Part shown: one piece after another, positions 1 to 11,548 of the stretch
Layout of the letters: every line of letters begins with the position of its first letter
How positions within the stretch are numbered: the stretch's first letter is position 1
DNA from: Octopus bimaculoides
Taxonomy: Eukaryota
Direction: 5' to 3'
NCBI RefSeq assembly: GCF_001194135.2
Contig: NC_068990.1
Span: forward strand, 6,391,152 to 6,428,663
DNA: 37,512 bases
Position numbers and translations under genes: made by a program
Notes under the pieces: generated by a model
The model's database searches: none
What the model saw: the letters and a program-made list of their open reading frames with translations, nothing else
Told to the model about the DNA's origin: nothing

Positions 1-366
1 TATAAGACCCAAGTAAAAACATTCCCAACAATTCAACTTCTCTGGTTGACATTAACACCCCCACCCCCAATAGGGGCCTTCATTCCCACATTTTAGAGCT
101 CCATGAGCTCCATTTTGCAGGAGCAAAATCTTTTTCACAGGTTCCAGAAGACTGAAATTTTGGAATATGCGCATAAAGATCAATAGTATGGGATACATGT
201 CTCATGATTAGAATTTTTTTAGAGTGTGTAAAGAGGGAAAGAACCCTCATGTGCAATTTTGATGAAATTCGAATCATATGTATTCCAGTTCCTTACAGAA
301 AATATAACAGAAAAGTCTCATTTTTCAATTGCATGTAACACGGGCAACGCCGGGTATCTCTGCTAG
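1..366 (+). mobile_element. 3' end of a non-autonomous Helitron-like element
   Basis: GC-rich imperfect hairpin CGGGCAACGCCGGG (341-354) followed about 9 nt later by CTAG|T (363-367), the canonical Helitron 3' terminus. The 5' end is not in the window. Confidence 0.65.
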
Positions 367-562
367 TTCTAAATAGGTTTGATACCTTGGAAAGTTTCTT
401 TAATCCCCACCAACTCAACTCCCTTAGACACTAAACATCAATTCTTTTGACTCAGCTAATGTAGAAAAATGCCAACCAAAAATTGCAAAATTTCACGTTT
501 TTGGATCTGTTTATAAAAAATTTTAAGTTTAGGTAGGTATTACTTAATACGAGCATCCCATC

Positions 563-707
563 CACTGGCATAGCTAGAGTGTGTGCCACCTGGGGGCGGC
601 TCTTCCATTTGCCGCCCTTGGACCCCACAGAAAAACACATTGTGTATAGCAGACCCAAAAGTGCCACCTGGGGTGGGGTGGGGACCCTACCTCCAGCTAT
701 GCTAATG
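563..707. mobile_element. hAT-type MITE, 145 bp
   Basis: Imperfect 17-bp TIRs (CACTGGCATAGCTAGAG; right end reverse-complemented CATTAGCATAGCTGGAG). Perfect 8-bp TSD ATCCCATC at 555-562 and 708-715. Internal direct repeat GTGCCACCTGGGG. Confidence 0.8.
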
Positions 708-843
708 ATCCCATCTTCTCTAATCTTAGAGTAAAGTCTGAAATCTTAACAGAACACTTACTGAAATGCTTGATTTCTTGTGCAATAATGCGATAAAAAA
801 AACAAGACAGAATGAAAAACTCATTTGAATATATATAAAACTA

Positions 844-1046
844 CTGCTTTCGCTTTCGTGACGGATCCGGCGCCTTTCATGGAAGCTTTCGCCCGCTTCT
901 TAGGACCGACTGACCCGTGCTCGACCGCCGTTGGCACGGAACCCTTCTCCACTTCGGTCTTCGAAGGTCTCTTCACGGTGGTGCACCAGCATGACCGCAG
1001 CCACTTGGCTGAAACACATAAATAAATAAATAAATAAATAAATAAA
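844..1046 (+). mobile_element. 5'-truncated non-LTR retrocopy with (TAAA)7 tail
   Basis: GC/CpG-rich 200-bp island ending GCTGAAACACA(TAAA)7. Flanked by TSD TATAAAACTA at 834-843 and 1047-1056. The last ~43 nt resemble the 3' tail of SINE family D. Confidence 0.7.
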
Positions 1047-1939
1047 TATAAAACTATATATAATCTGAAAATGCACCTGATGGTGAGTATAGAAATGTAA
1101 AACTACTGCATTTAAATCTACTCTAAATATCAATTTTCATCCCCTGAAGATGAAGATGGCTCAAAATTGAAATTCCCATTTTTGTGGGTAGTTTAGAGTG
1201 GTAGAAATCAATGTGCGACAATTAGAGAAACTTTCAAACCTGAAAATCCAAGGACATTGACCTTTTGATTATACAGCAATAAGAATGTGATTGGCAAATG
1301 GAGCCACATACTTTTATTATGCTTTTATGGATTCATGGGCTCAAGTAGAAGAAATCTACTAGTCCCATATTGATAGTTGATGGGACAATCATAAAAGTAT
1401 TTTCCTTCCAGAGCTGAAGAAAAATTAATAAAACTAGTAAAAAGTCAGAAATACCAAATAGCATTTGATTCATTTTGATTTCTACTGTTTCATGTTACTT
1501 CTGACAGTCATGTTACTTCCAAGGTATGGTATCAAACATATTTGGAATGATTGGCCCCTAAAAATAAAAGAAATTCATTATTTTGAAAATTTTGGATATT
1601 GCTTAAAACTTTAGATGGCCATAAAATCTGAATGGTAACTACTAAAGGGCTAAACTTTTCAGGAATCACTCCTCTCATGGATACTAATGAATGATATAAA
1701 TTTGAAGAAAAGATCTTTCATGATGGACTTTGTTGAGTTTCACTGGAATTAAGGAAGGAGTGTCTTTGGGTTTTCTATTAGATGGAAATAGCAGCCAAAT
1801 CTCTTTTGAATTATATCCCGTATTAGGAAAAGAAGAAAAGACAAAAAAAAAATATAAAGAGGCTGTATTAAGTAATATAGTTCTATGTACACTCATACTA
1901 AAAAAAAATGGGATGTCATTGATCAAAAGTGTGATCGTC

Positions 1940-2290
1940 AAGGATTAATTAACAATGAACCAATCATCCTATTAAGTTATATATACGTCACTTATACACT
2001 GTATTATACATCTAAACACTGTAATTAGTGGAGATTTCAATGCACACAGTACATCCTTATACAAAAGCTGTGTATGTAATTAGTGATACAATTGCAGCAC
2101 ATCTAAATTTCTTTTACTTTTTAAATAATCCACATCAGTATACCTACCTATCTTCCCAAATAACTACAGTTCTTCAGACAGCAATTTCTGCTCTTCCACA
2201 CTACCACAAGCAGATGGTAAACAATCTCCAATTGCATTCCTATCATTATCACAAGACAAATACATCAATGAATAAAGTGAAAAACACTTT
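1940..2290 (+). mobile_element. Degraded LINE apurinic-endonuclease remnant
   Basis: Reads TVISGDFNAHSTS (GDFNAH at 2030-2047), the conserved APE motif of non-LTR retrotransposons. The surrounding sequence has stops and frameshifts. Confidence 0.5.
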
Positions 2291-2541
2291 CACAAACTTC
2301 TTTCATCAAGAAATAGAAAAAAAAACACTTGCCTACCATTAGCCTAGATATTTCAGAAAAGCAGGAACTCAAAAATTTTGAAGTCTAACATTGTTATAAG
2401 CATACATCTGATAGAATTATTTCACTCACAGTCCCAAATCTGCTCAATAAAAATTAACCCATCATCTTCTAATGTGCATTTTCATAAATCCTAGAAATAC
2501 TAATTCTTATTATAATCAACATATTTCTTCCATCAACTCAC

Positions 2542-2899
2542 CTTGTGATTTTAGATCACTATACTTAACTGTCACACTAGATACCTTCTGAGGTATCTTC
2601 TTGAGTCATGCTGACTCATAAAGGCCGGTTTCCATTTTGAGCATTACTTTGGATCTATGGAAAAATAAGGTCCAGACAGTTAACAGTAGCTTCTTGAGCA
2701 ATTGACATAATTTTCTCTTTGTTGTCATGTATTGTTCCCACTGTAGACATTGCAAGACTTAATGTTTTGACAATGTAACTTAATCTTCTCCCACATCAAG
2801 TCTTTTTAAAACATCAAATTTAATATCCAGTGTAATCCCTTTATGGTTCCTTTTTGCACTACTGCCTTGATTTCTACTTAATAGCTTCCTTCTAGACAT
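2542..2899 (-). pseudogene. Tigger/pogo transposase N-terminal (CENP-B/psq HTH) fossil
   Basis: ATG at 2899: MSRRKLLSRNQGSSAKRNHKGITLDIKFDVLKRLDVGE, a 1-nt frameshift, then RLSYIVKTLSLAMSTVGTIHDNKEKIMSIAQEA, later RSKVMLKME and YSDLKSQG. This matches the pogo/Tigger HTH pattern. Confidence 0.7.
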
Positions 2900-3599
2900 C
2901 TTAAATTGAAGGCAAATATCCAACAGCAGCAGTGATTTAATTATCTACAATAAATATGTAATAAAAAACATTGACCCAGGAAAGATCTGTTTTGTGAGAG
3001 TGGAAAATTGTCTTATTCCCATGGATGTAATAATGAAAATGAAATGAGAAGTGGGGAGGACTCAAGAAGAGAAAGTATTATATGATTACAGTTAGCTGAA
3101 GGGGCACCATATATTATAGGCAATTTTCCCCTTGCAGTTCTGATATATGGCATAAACACACACACACAACACACTCATACAAAAACACTCATATACACAC
3201 AGTCATACATACATATGTTGGCATACATGCTGATATCTGTTGTAGCCAATTGGATTCAGAAGTTGGTGGGTTGATAGGGGTCATGATGTGGACTGAATTG
3301 ATTTAGATGTTAGTGATGATGGCTGGGTATTGTTTGTGGTGTGGTGGTCAGTTGTATTGTTGTGGCTGTTTAGTCTCAAGTCAATCCTCATAGACCAAAG
3401 ATCAAAGTCTTTTCATCTAACTTTTAAAATACACTAGAATACCACATTATATGTTTTTATTTGAAATGGATTTGCTTATCTTCTTCATACTATGTATTGT
3501 TGTTGTTGGTGGTTGTGTTGGTATTGATGATAGAAACCCTACATGCACTCATACATGTACACACACACACATGTGCATGTGTGAGCGTGTGTGTGTGGT

Positions 3600-3725
3600 T
3601 CAAATGTACAGAAACAAAAGACAAAGATAGGTGAGGGAACAACAAGCAAGTGTATTAGTTTGATGCTCAGGAAGAATGGAAAACTCTGACGTTTTGAGCC
3701 TAGGCTCTTAATTAGAAAGGGATGA
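3600..3725. repeat. Possible Penelope-like terminal-repeat fragment next to a (GA)n microsatellite
   Basis: CTGACGTTTTGAGCCTAGGCTCTT resembles the GACGTTTCG...CTCTTC motif common at Penelope-like element ends. Weak similarity only. Confidence 0.25.
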
Positions 3726-4319
3726 GAGGGAAAAGAATGGAGAGAGAGAGAGAGAGAGAAGAAAAACGGAGAAAAAAAAGATGAGTTGGTATTAATGGCT
3801 CCACAATATTCACATAATGTACATGTGTATGTGTGTAACGGGATGATAGTTTTTCAAATCATTAACCATATACTTTGAAACAAGCTAAGTAGCTAATTAG
3901 AAAATATTTATAAGAGATGAAAGTAGTAACTATACTAAGAAGCTACATTTATTGCCACATCAATATGGCTGTTCTGTACAGTCTGGTGGTCATGTTGCTG
4001 GAAGATGGTAGGGGTTTGCTTCCCTGCTTGCAATATATATCGGATGCAGACTGCATCAAATAACCAGTTGGAGGAGGTGTCCTCCTGGGGTTAAAATGGT
4101 AGTAACATCAGTTCCTACGAAACAGCCATGTTTAAGTGGCAATATACATTACTTATATATACTTTGATCTTAAGTACAACACAAGTGGCCAATGAGTTAA
4201 GAAGAAAGTGTAGTTTTAAACTGTTGACAATTTAAAACTATGCAATTCAAGTTTCTGTAAGAGCAAAATTACAGATCATATTCTGAGATTAATGGTCATA
4301 CTTTGCAATCTCCATAAGT

Positions 4320-4364
4320 GTGGAATCCCATAACCTGAGGTAGTGGTAACCTGGGGTATGCCTG
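4320..4364 (-). mobile_element. Tigger/pogo 5' terminal inverted repeat
   Basis: Minus strand reads TA|CAGGCATACCCCAGGTTACCACTACCTCAGGTTATGG, a Tigger-type TIR with TA target (4365-4366). Same orientation as the transposase fossil at 2542-2899. Confidence 0.6.
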
Positions 4365-4559
4365 TACATATGAAACTTCTACATTTACAGCCTATATAGA
4401 TGACAATAAAAAAAATGTCAATCAATGCGCAAGTATTGAATCCATCACACTTTTAACAAGTTACAAAGACCACAAAACAATACTTCATATAACAGGTTTT
4501 ATATAGACTCCTTAGACAACAGAATCACCTGGATATGTGAAAACGGCAGTTTTCACATA

Positions 4560-5430
4560 TCCAGTCAATTACTACAAGGGCAAAGGAGATGCTTTGGAAA
4601 GGAACAACTAAAAAGAATGAATGGGTCAGGTTATGGAAATAATGGAAGAAATATTTGTACCAGTAATTAGAAAAAGAATCAGTTTAAATGAGATTACAGT
4701 TCAGATTTGTGCTAGTATCACTGATGTTCTTTTCATAGTGACAACTGCAAGAGAAATTTTTAGCTGAGAATAAATCTCTACTTTGGATTGTTGATGTGGA
4801 GATGACATTTGACAGGGTACCATGGCCTTTAAACTGGTGCCCTTTCAGAATACTAGGTGGTTTGTTAGAGCAGGGCAAGCTGTGTGCTGTTTTCGGTAAA
4901 GTGAGAGTTGGCAATGAGTTCAGTGAGGAATTTAGTGTACAGGTAGGTGCTTACCAAGGCTCAGGTCTCTACTTTCTTCTATTTATTACTGTTCTCCAAG
5001 CTTTAACAGAGGCTGGCTGTCAGTGGGAACTCATATGTATTAATGTTCTTAAAGCAGAGTCTGCGAAGGACTTAGAGGAGAAATCCCAACTGTGAAAGCA
5101 AAACCTAGAACCAAGAAACCTCAGCATGAATTTGCCAAAGACTAAGGTTTTAGTGAATAGAGATGATGACAAGACTGCAAGAAAATGGCTGTGCTTGATG
5201 AACAGAAAAAAGTAGGTCAGAACTCCATATGTTGTGCACTATGATTGTATAAGAGGTATACTGAAATCACAGGCAGGCAGCTGACAGTGAATAAAGACAT
5301 ATGTGACAGATGTTGAGGAATAGTTAATTGTTAGTTCAGTAGTAAAATAAGTTCCTTTCACTATTTGGAAGGCTCTATAAAAGTAGTTAATAGCTCCTGT
5401 TACCTGGATAGCCTTACCAACAGTGGAGGA
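4560..5430 (+). mobile_element. Degraded RTE-clade LINE reverse transcriptase fragment
   Basis: ORF 4796-5095 has TFDRVP...KVRVGNEFSEEFSVQVGAYQGSGLYFLLFITVLQALTE...AESAKDLEEK. It is homologous to the better-preserved RTE at 17853-18167. Confidence 0.85.
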
Positions 5431-6516
5431 AGGTGCACTGTCTTTTCCTCAGAGCCTAACCATTATAAAAGACATCCAATGTATCCTTTTTTAAAGCAGT
5501 AGAATGCGATATGAGGGAGATTTGACTGCTATTTCTTGCAAATAGAGAGACTATGCAGAGGCTCCCTTGTTGGCTCATTTTACAGTATGTTTATGTTGTG
5601 TGTTATATATAATTGATTTTATTTGATATTAATTATAAAAGGGGAGAATGTGCCTGTTCAGTCGAATTTGTTTGGAGCTAGGTTTCTAAGTAGCTGATGT
5701 GGGGCTGTAGTTGTGCACCAATGCCTGGAAATACTCAGAAGAGATAAATGTGTATATGCTATGCTGGGTGATGGAAGGTTGTGTAAGTTTATGACCAATC
5801 AATTCAAATCGTAAACTTGGAAGCCTGAAGTGCACAGCAAAAGACACAACCTTCTCCTTCATCCTTTCTTAGTCATCAGCCAGCCTCAAATTTTCTACTG
5901 CCCTCTTTTCTGTTCCTTGATGTTGCTCAACCACTCCCTTTATGATCTTCCTGTACCTCCTTTATTGTGGGGTTTATTCATGCATGAATAAAATCACTAG
6001 AGGTAGCAAGTCATGTTACATATCCAAAGTACTTTGTTTTTTTTTTTGTTTTTTAAAAATCGACAGAAGAGTTTGCTGATTTGCAGTCTTCTTAATTATA
6101 ATATCTTTATTCAAACTCTAGTTAGTTCCATGTTATAAACATGGAATGCAAAATGTTTCTGTAACATTTCATGATCTTTTTTCCACTTTCTCTATCTAAT
6201 GCAATGTTTCTCTTAGAATGGAGGGCTGTGAGGATAGAAAAAAGAATGGACAAATTGCAGTGTTTGTTAAAAATTAAGATATTTTAAACTTAAAATTTGC
6301 CGAACATTATGGTAAAGAAGAATTATATAGATGCAAACTCTATTTTGTTTGATGAAAAAAGAGGGGAGGATAGATTTCCCTAATGTTTTGGTAGAAGGTA
6401 CTAAGGACATTGAGTTTTTGTTGTGTCAACATGGAAGGACATGACTAAAAGCCCCAGTTTTTAGATACTTGTTTAGTTGTTACTGATAGGTTACGTATGA
6501 AACAAGTGTGCTGTTT

Positions 6517-6857
6517 GGGGTAAAGACCCCTTTTAGTCATGAATGACCATGGCATTGCATCTAGAAAATTCCCCTCTGTGGCACAAGTCTGGGTAAGGTT
6601 GTTCATAGAAGCCCAGCAGTTGCCCATGCATACGAACCTCCCCTCTCCATGCCACTGATGTTATTCAAAGGAAAGGCAAAGGCCAATACAGCTTGGCACC
6701 AGTGATGCTGAAACTCATTTCTACAGCTGAGTGAACTGGAGCAACGTGAAATAATGTGTCTTACTCAAGAACACAACTCACAGACCAGTCTGGGAATCAA
6801 ACTCACTACCTCATGATTGTGAACCCAACACTCTAACCACTGAGCCATGTGCCTTCA
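6517..6857 (-). mobile_element. tRNA-derived SINE, family A
   Basis: Minus strand begins TGAAGGCACATGGCTCAGTGGTTAGAG (A box). Full-length homology to the copies at 13461, 15587 and 27758. The central segment is CORE-domain-like (inference). Confidence 0.85.
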
Positions 6858-7250
6858 TGCTGCTTGGAATAACTGGCATAAAGCTGGCAGAGCTCAGAGC
6901 AACCAGCTGACATAAAGTGCTATAAGGTCCAGCTGGAAGAGGTGTGTTTAGGGTGCATGCAATGAGACAGTTGTGTTTTAGTGGAGGTGAGAAAGCAATC
7001 AGGAGTATTTTGGGTGAATGCGTGTTTGCTAGGAATATGAGTAGAGGATGAAAGAAGTTTACTGTCATGTTAGTTTTTTTTTCTCTCAGGTGGAAAAGGT
7101 AAATGTATTGAAAAGTTGAGTTCTTATTCTATGTTGTAAATTTTTTTTTCATCTCTTTCCACTCTTCTTGGCTAATGTTCTAGATTGCTTCTGAGCCTGA
7201 AAATAAATGTTTTGAAAATATATAATTTTAAAGTTTAATCCCATTTTCAG

Positions 7251-7349
7251 GCATATGGCATTGTATGGAAAGCTACTGACCGAAAAACAGGGGATGTTGT
7301 TGCTGTTAAAAAGATATTTGATGCTTTTAGAAATGAAACAGATGCACAG
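7251..7349 (+). CDS. MAPK15: MAPK15 coding exon 2 (99 nt, phase 0/0): [33 protein letters not shown]
   Basis: Acceptor ttttcag and donor gtaaaa. Encodes the end of the Gly-rich loop and the VAVK catalytic Lys. [12 protein letters not shown] is typical of ERK7/8. Confidence 0.97.
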
Positions 7350-8547
7350 GTAAAAACTTTAAGGAAATTTTAGAATTGGTTCTTTTATATCATCTTAACC
7401 ATTCTTTTATAGATGGAATTAATCATTGCTTATAATGAATGTGTTAAGTCTGGCGCTTTTTAGCATATTATCAGAGTAAATAGTTGGATAAGTGTTGTAC
7501 TTAAGACTTGTACTTTTAGAGTTATTCTTTTATTCTTTTATACTTTTCAGTTATTTGGCAAGTTAGAAGTAGACCAAGAGTGCTTAAAGTGTCTGTGTGC
7601 TGGGTAAATGAAGATACTAAATGTTGTAGAGAGCTGAGATTGGCAAAAAATTTAGCTTATGGAAAGTATTGGTATAAAAATAGATGAGAAATTGGTGTGA
7701 TATGATGCTCTAGAGAAATCTAACTTCATGGAATAGCTTTTGTATTAACAATGTAAACAGAATAGAATGGTTAGAAGCAGTTTTTGGGTGTGGCTTTCTT
7801 TATGGTAGTCAGTTTATGCAATCTGTTTTAATCACAGATGCTTAGAAAATAAGTGAGTATTATATCAAACTGTGATATAGGTTTGTAAAAATGATTTGCT
7901 ATTCAGGTATGAAATTCTTTTTAATTTTGAAAGGAAAGGTAAATAACTTAAAAACTGTTTTACATGTTGAGAATGAAGTCTTTCATGTTTGAATGATAGA
8001 GATAGTTGTAAATAACATGTGTGAAATACAGTGGTTTGTAGTTTTGGTAGCAAAGGAATGAATTTATTAACAAACAAAACAAGGTCAGTTTCAAGTGTTC
8101 TTTTACTCCTGGACTGGTTTCAGTTACCATTTTCATTGGCTTCAGTTTCATATATCAATTGCAGTATTTAGTTTCAGTCTGATACACTTATTTTATAGAT
8201 TTCTATTTATTGAACTGCCAAGTTACAGTTTTGATATTAAAAAATGCACCTTGATGCAGTAAACAGTGGTGGACATAGAAACATGCACATGTACATGACA
8301 AACTTCTATGGAATTTCTGTCTACCAAATTTCCACTTACAAAGTAATGGTCAAGGATACAGCAGAAAACACTTGCTTAGACTGTCATACAGCAAGATTGA
8401 ACACAGTGTTGTGTTATTGCAAACCATACTCCTTAACCACATGTCTGATTTCTTTTCTATGTTTGTCTATAAATGAGTAAAATAAATTTACTGATTTTTT
8501 TTGAGGTTAAAATAACAATTTGAGTTTTTGATGCTTTTCAAAATACT

Positions 8548-8855
8548 TTACGTCAACGTCGTCGCCTTCATTGGACACGAAACTCGGCTTGTGAAGACCT
8601 GTTGGGGCAAGCGAAAGTGAAATCGTGATGGCACCTGTGCCCAACGTCGCCTTCCTGGCACTTGTGCTGGTGGCACGTGTAAAGACATTCGAGTGAGATC
8701 GTTGCCAGAGCCGCTGGACTGGCTCCTNNNNNNNNNNAGGGCATCCAGCTGTAGAAACTCTGCCAAATCAGATTGGAGCCTGGTGTAGCCATCTGGTTCA
8801 CCAGTCCTCAGTCAAATCGTCCAACCCATGCCAGCATGGAAAGCAGACGTTAAAC

Positions 8856-8921
<66 letters not shown>
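8548..8921 (+). mobile_element. RTE-tail retroposon (family C) with (GAT)22 tail
   Basis: Ends GTCCAACCCATGCCAGCATGGAAAGCAGACGTTAAAC(GAT)22 (tail 8856-8921). Same 3' end as the copies at 14270, 20123, 24622 and 29937. Contains a 10-N gap at 8728-8737. Confidence 0.85.
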
Positions 8922-8923
<2 letters not shown>

Positions 8924-8948
8924 ACTTCTTATATCTGTATCTTTGTAG

Positions 8949-9069
8949 AGAACATTCCGGGAGATTATGTTTCTTAAAAATTTCTGTGATCATCCAAATG
9001 TCATAAAATTACAGAAAGTGATAAAAGCTGAAAATGATCATGACATCTACCTTGTGTTTGAATTCATGG
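8949..9069 (+). CDS. MAPK15: MAPK15 coding exon 3 (121 nt, phase 0/1): [40 protein letters not shown]
   Basis: Acceptor ctttgtag and donor gtaagg. In frame with exon 2. Encodes the alpha-C Glu, HPN and the hinge. Confidence 0.97.
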
Positions 9070-9339
9070 GTAAGGATTGTATTTTATTTCTATAATTATC
9101 TTAATATGGAAAATATATGTTCATGGTGTTATTTAAATAAATGTTTGTATGTTTTGAACTAGATGTTTCTTCTACATTGGAAACAGACTGAAAGTTTTAT
9201 TGCGGCAATAAGTAAATAATGCCATGAATTTACTTTGTCAGTGAATGAAAAGAAAGTAATTCAAGGTGTATAAGACTAAAAAGAATGAATTTAAAGGACA
9301 GCAGTTATTGCAGGGGATGAAATTCAGCCTGAGAGAGAT

Positions 9340-10165
9340 GTTAAAGCCTTAAACAGAGAAAGTATTCTCTAGCTGACTTGGGTATGCCAGGTGGCTTGGA
9401 CCCTTTGGAAAGACACCAAAGAAATGGTAATCTGGGGTGATAATCCCAATTTTTAAGAAAAGCGACAAGAGAAAGTGTTCTGATTATAAAGGAAGCTCCT
9501 TGTTGAGTCTCCCCAGTTATGTCTACTATGCTTAGTGTTTGGAAAAGAGATATAGGGAAAATATTGAGCCCAAACTTGCTGAAGAACAGTGTGGCTGCTG
9601 TCCTGGAAGCAACACAACCAATCAGATATTCACTTTACAGCATATCTTTGAGAAATTGCAGGACTAATGTATACTTGCTTTGTAGGTCTTGAAAAGACAT
9701 ATGACCATGTGCTACAGGACAAGCTGTGCATGGTTTAGCAAGAGTTTGACATTAATGGGAAACTTCTGGTTGCCATAAAGTCCCACTATAAATATTCAGA
9801 TGTTTGTGTTCAGGTATATGGTGCTGAGTCAATACCTTTCTATGTGGGTGTTGGACTTTGACAGAGGTGTATCTTGTCACCTCTCCTCTTCAAAATTTCT
9901 ATGAACTGGAATAACATGCACAGCTGTTGTGGCAAAGGTATCACAATCAGTGGTTGTAAGATCCATCAGTTGATATTTGCAGATGATATGATGCTACTTG
10001 GCTCGTCAGAAGATGATCTCCAGCATACACTGGATGGATTCATTGCCAAGTGCTTCAAGGCAGGGGTGAGAATTAGTGTTGGTCCTCTCAAGAAAGTCTT
10101 TCCAGTGTATTCTGCATGTTAGTGGAACATCTCTGAGGCTAGTGGAGAAATTTACAGAGGCTGTG
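9340..10165 (+). mobile_element. Degraded RTE-type LINE RT fragment (second lineage)
   Basis: With frameshifts reads YKGSSLLSLP...IEPKLAEEQCG...QIFTLQHIFEK...SPLLFKISMNW...LIFADDMMLLGSSEDDLQH, covering RT domains including the FADD motif. Confidence 0.85.
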
Positions 10166-10729
10166 AACACTGCCTGTTATTCTCAGAGTACATAATTTTC
10201 AAAAGACAAAACAAAAAACAGACAAAAAACAAAACAAAAAATACCCTCCCCCCAAAAAACAAGCAAACAAACAAACCCATACAAAGCCATTTGACATGTA
10301 TTAAATAGAATTCTGTTTGACCTTAAAGTATATCAGAACTCAGTCAAAACAGTTTTCTTTATTGACAGCCTAATTGGTTACTTCAGATCTCTCATACTCA
10401 ATGCCAACAACTACTACACCTTTCTGTCGCTTTTCAAATGTCTTTTATCCATTTGCTATTTCAGCATTTTGGCTTTCATATCCTGTGTAATCAACTTCTT
10501 GCAAAACACATTGTAGTGTGTTGAGAATTTTATCTTATTCAACATCACAATTTTTTTTTTGTTTAGTCAAGAGGAAGAGCAGTGTGCATGACCCTTTTCA
10601 GGGCCTCTGGGACTGACAGAAGGGAGAGAGAAAGGAAGGCATTCTCAAATCAGAGGCCTAATCTGATCTGAATGCTCGCATCAGAGTGGGCTTCACTAGA
10701 TGCATCTACGTACCACGTAGTGGTTGCAA

Positions 10730-10955
10730 ACCAGATGACCTTGGTGGGATTTGAACTCAGAATGCAGATGCAGCAAAACATATTGTTTGATACCATTCCT
10801 CCAGTCTATCCTGGACTGGTTCTTTATTTATTCAGCCTGGAAGGATGAGAGGCAAAGATGACCTCAACAGAATTTTAACTCAGAACACAAAGAACTGGAA
10901 TGACTATTACAAGACATTCCATCCGCCACTCTAAAGACTCTGCCAGTTCACCACC
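10730..10955 (-). mobile_element. Degraded SINE family E fragments
   Basis: GGAAGGATGAGAGGCAAAGATGACCTCAACAGAATTTTAACTCAGAAC matches the family E core (TTTGCCTTTCATCC...GTCGATAAA..AAGTACCAG) seen at 14820, 21161, 27018 and 29055. Confidence 0.55.
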
Positions 10956-11548
10956 ACAGACAAACATCTCAAGACCAAATCCTATATCATTGATTTCTAG
11001 ACCTATCTTTCTTCAAAATGTTCCTTTTGTGAGTCTACATTCTTCATAGAGTCTACATTCTTCATATACACAATAGTGCAGCACAAAGGATGAATTTTTT
11101 CTTCAGTGTCAGAACATATTTTTTCCCCCTCAGCTGCTACCAAATGTTTACAAAGAGCAAATGTGTTGTATACTATATTTGTAATTTGGGATGTTGTACT
11201 ACCACATACTCATCCACTTATTCTAGACTACATCCTAAGGAAAATTACAAGAGAAAACTGTATGCTTTGTCTTTTCAATTTCTACAAAACCCTCTGGTTT
11301 TGTTGACCTTATTCTATGCAACTTTGAGCAATCACCATTATTAAATATCTTGAAGACTGTGTGCTATACATTTTGCTCAACCATCCTTTTTCAACATGAA
11401 ACTTCTTGAAATTCCTTCCTAATTTAGTTTTCCATACTTCACCTCTACTCTTCATTCACAGTCTATTTAGCTCCTAACAATATTGTGGGTATGGCTAAAA
11501 TTTTAAATTATTTTCACTGTTGATCTTTTCTTTTTCTTTTTATTTTAG

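Noticed and set aside
825-1133. GC-rich minus-strand exon of a second gene (acceptor-like TGTGTTTCAG at ~1011)
   Set aside because: Better explained as a + strand retrocopy with a TSD and (TAAA)n tail. The apparent pyrimidine tract is the reverse complement of that tail.
1140-1900. Possible decayed coding sequence (fragments such as YYAFMDSWAQVEE, AFDSF, KRSFMMDFVEFHW)
   Set aside because: Many stops and no motif I can assign with confidence. It may be a very old LINE remnant. TBLASTX or an HMM search would be needed.
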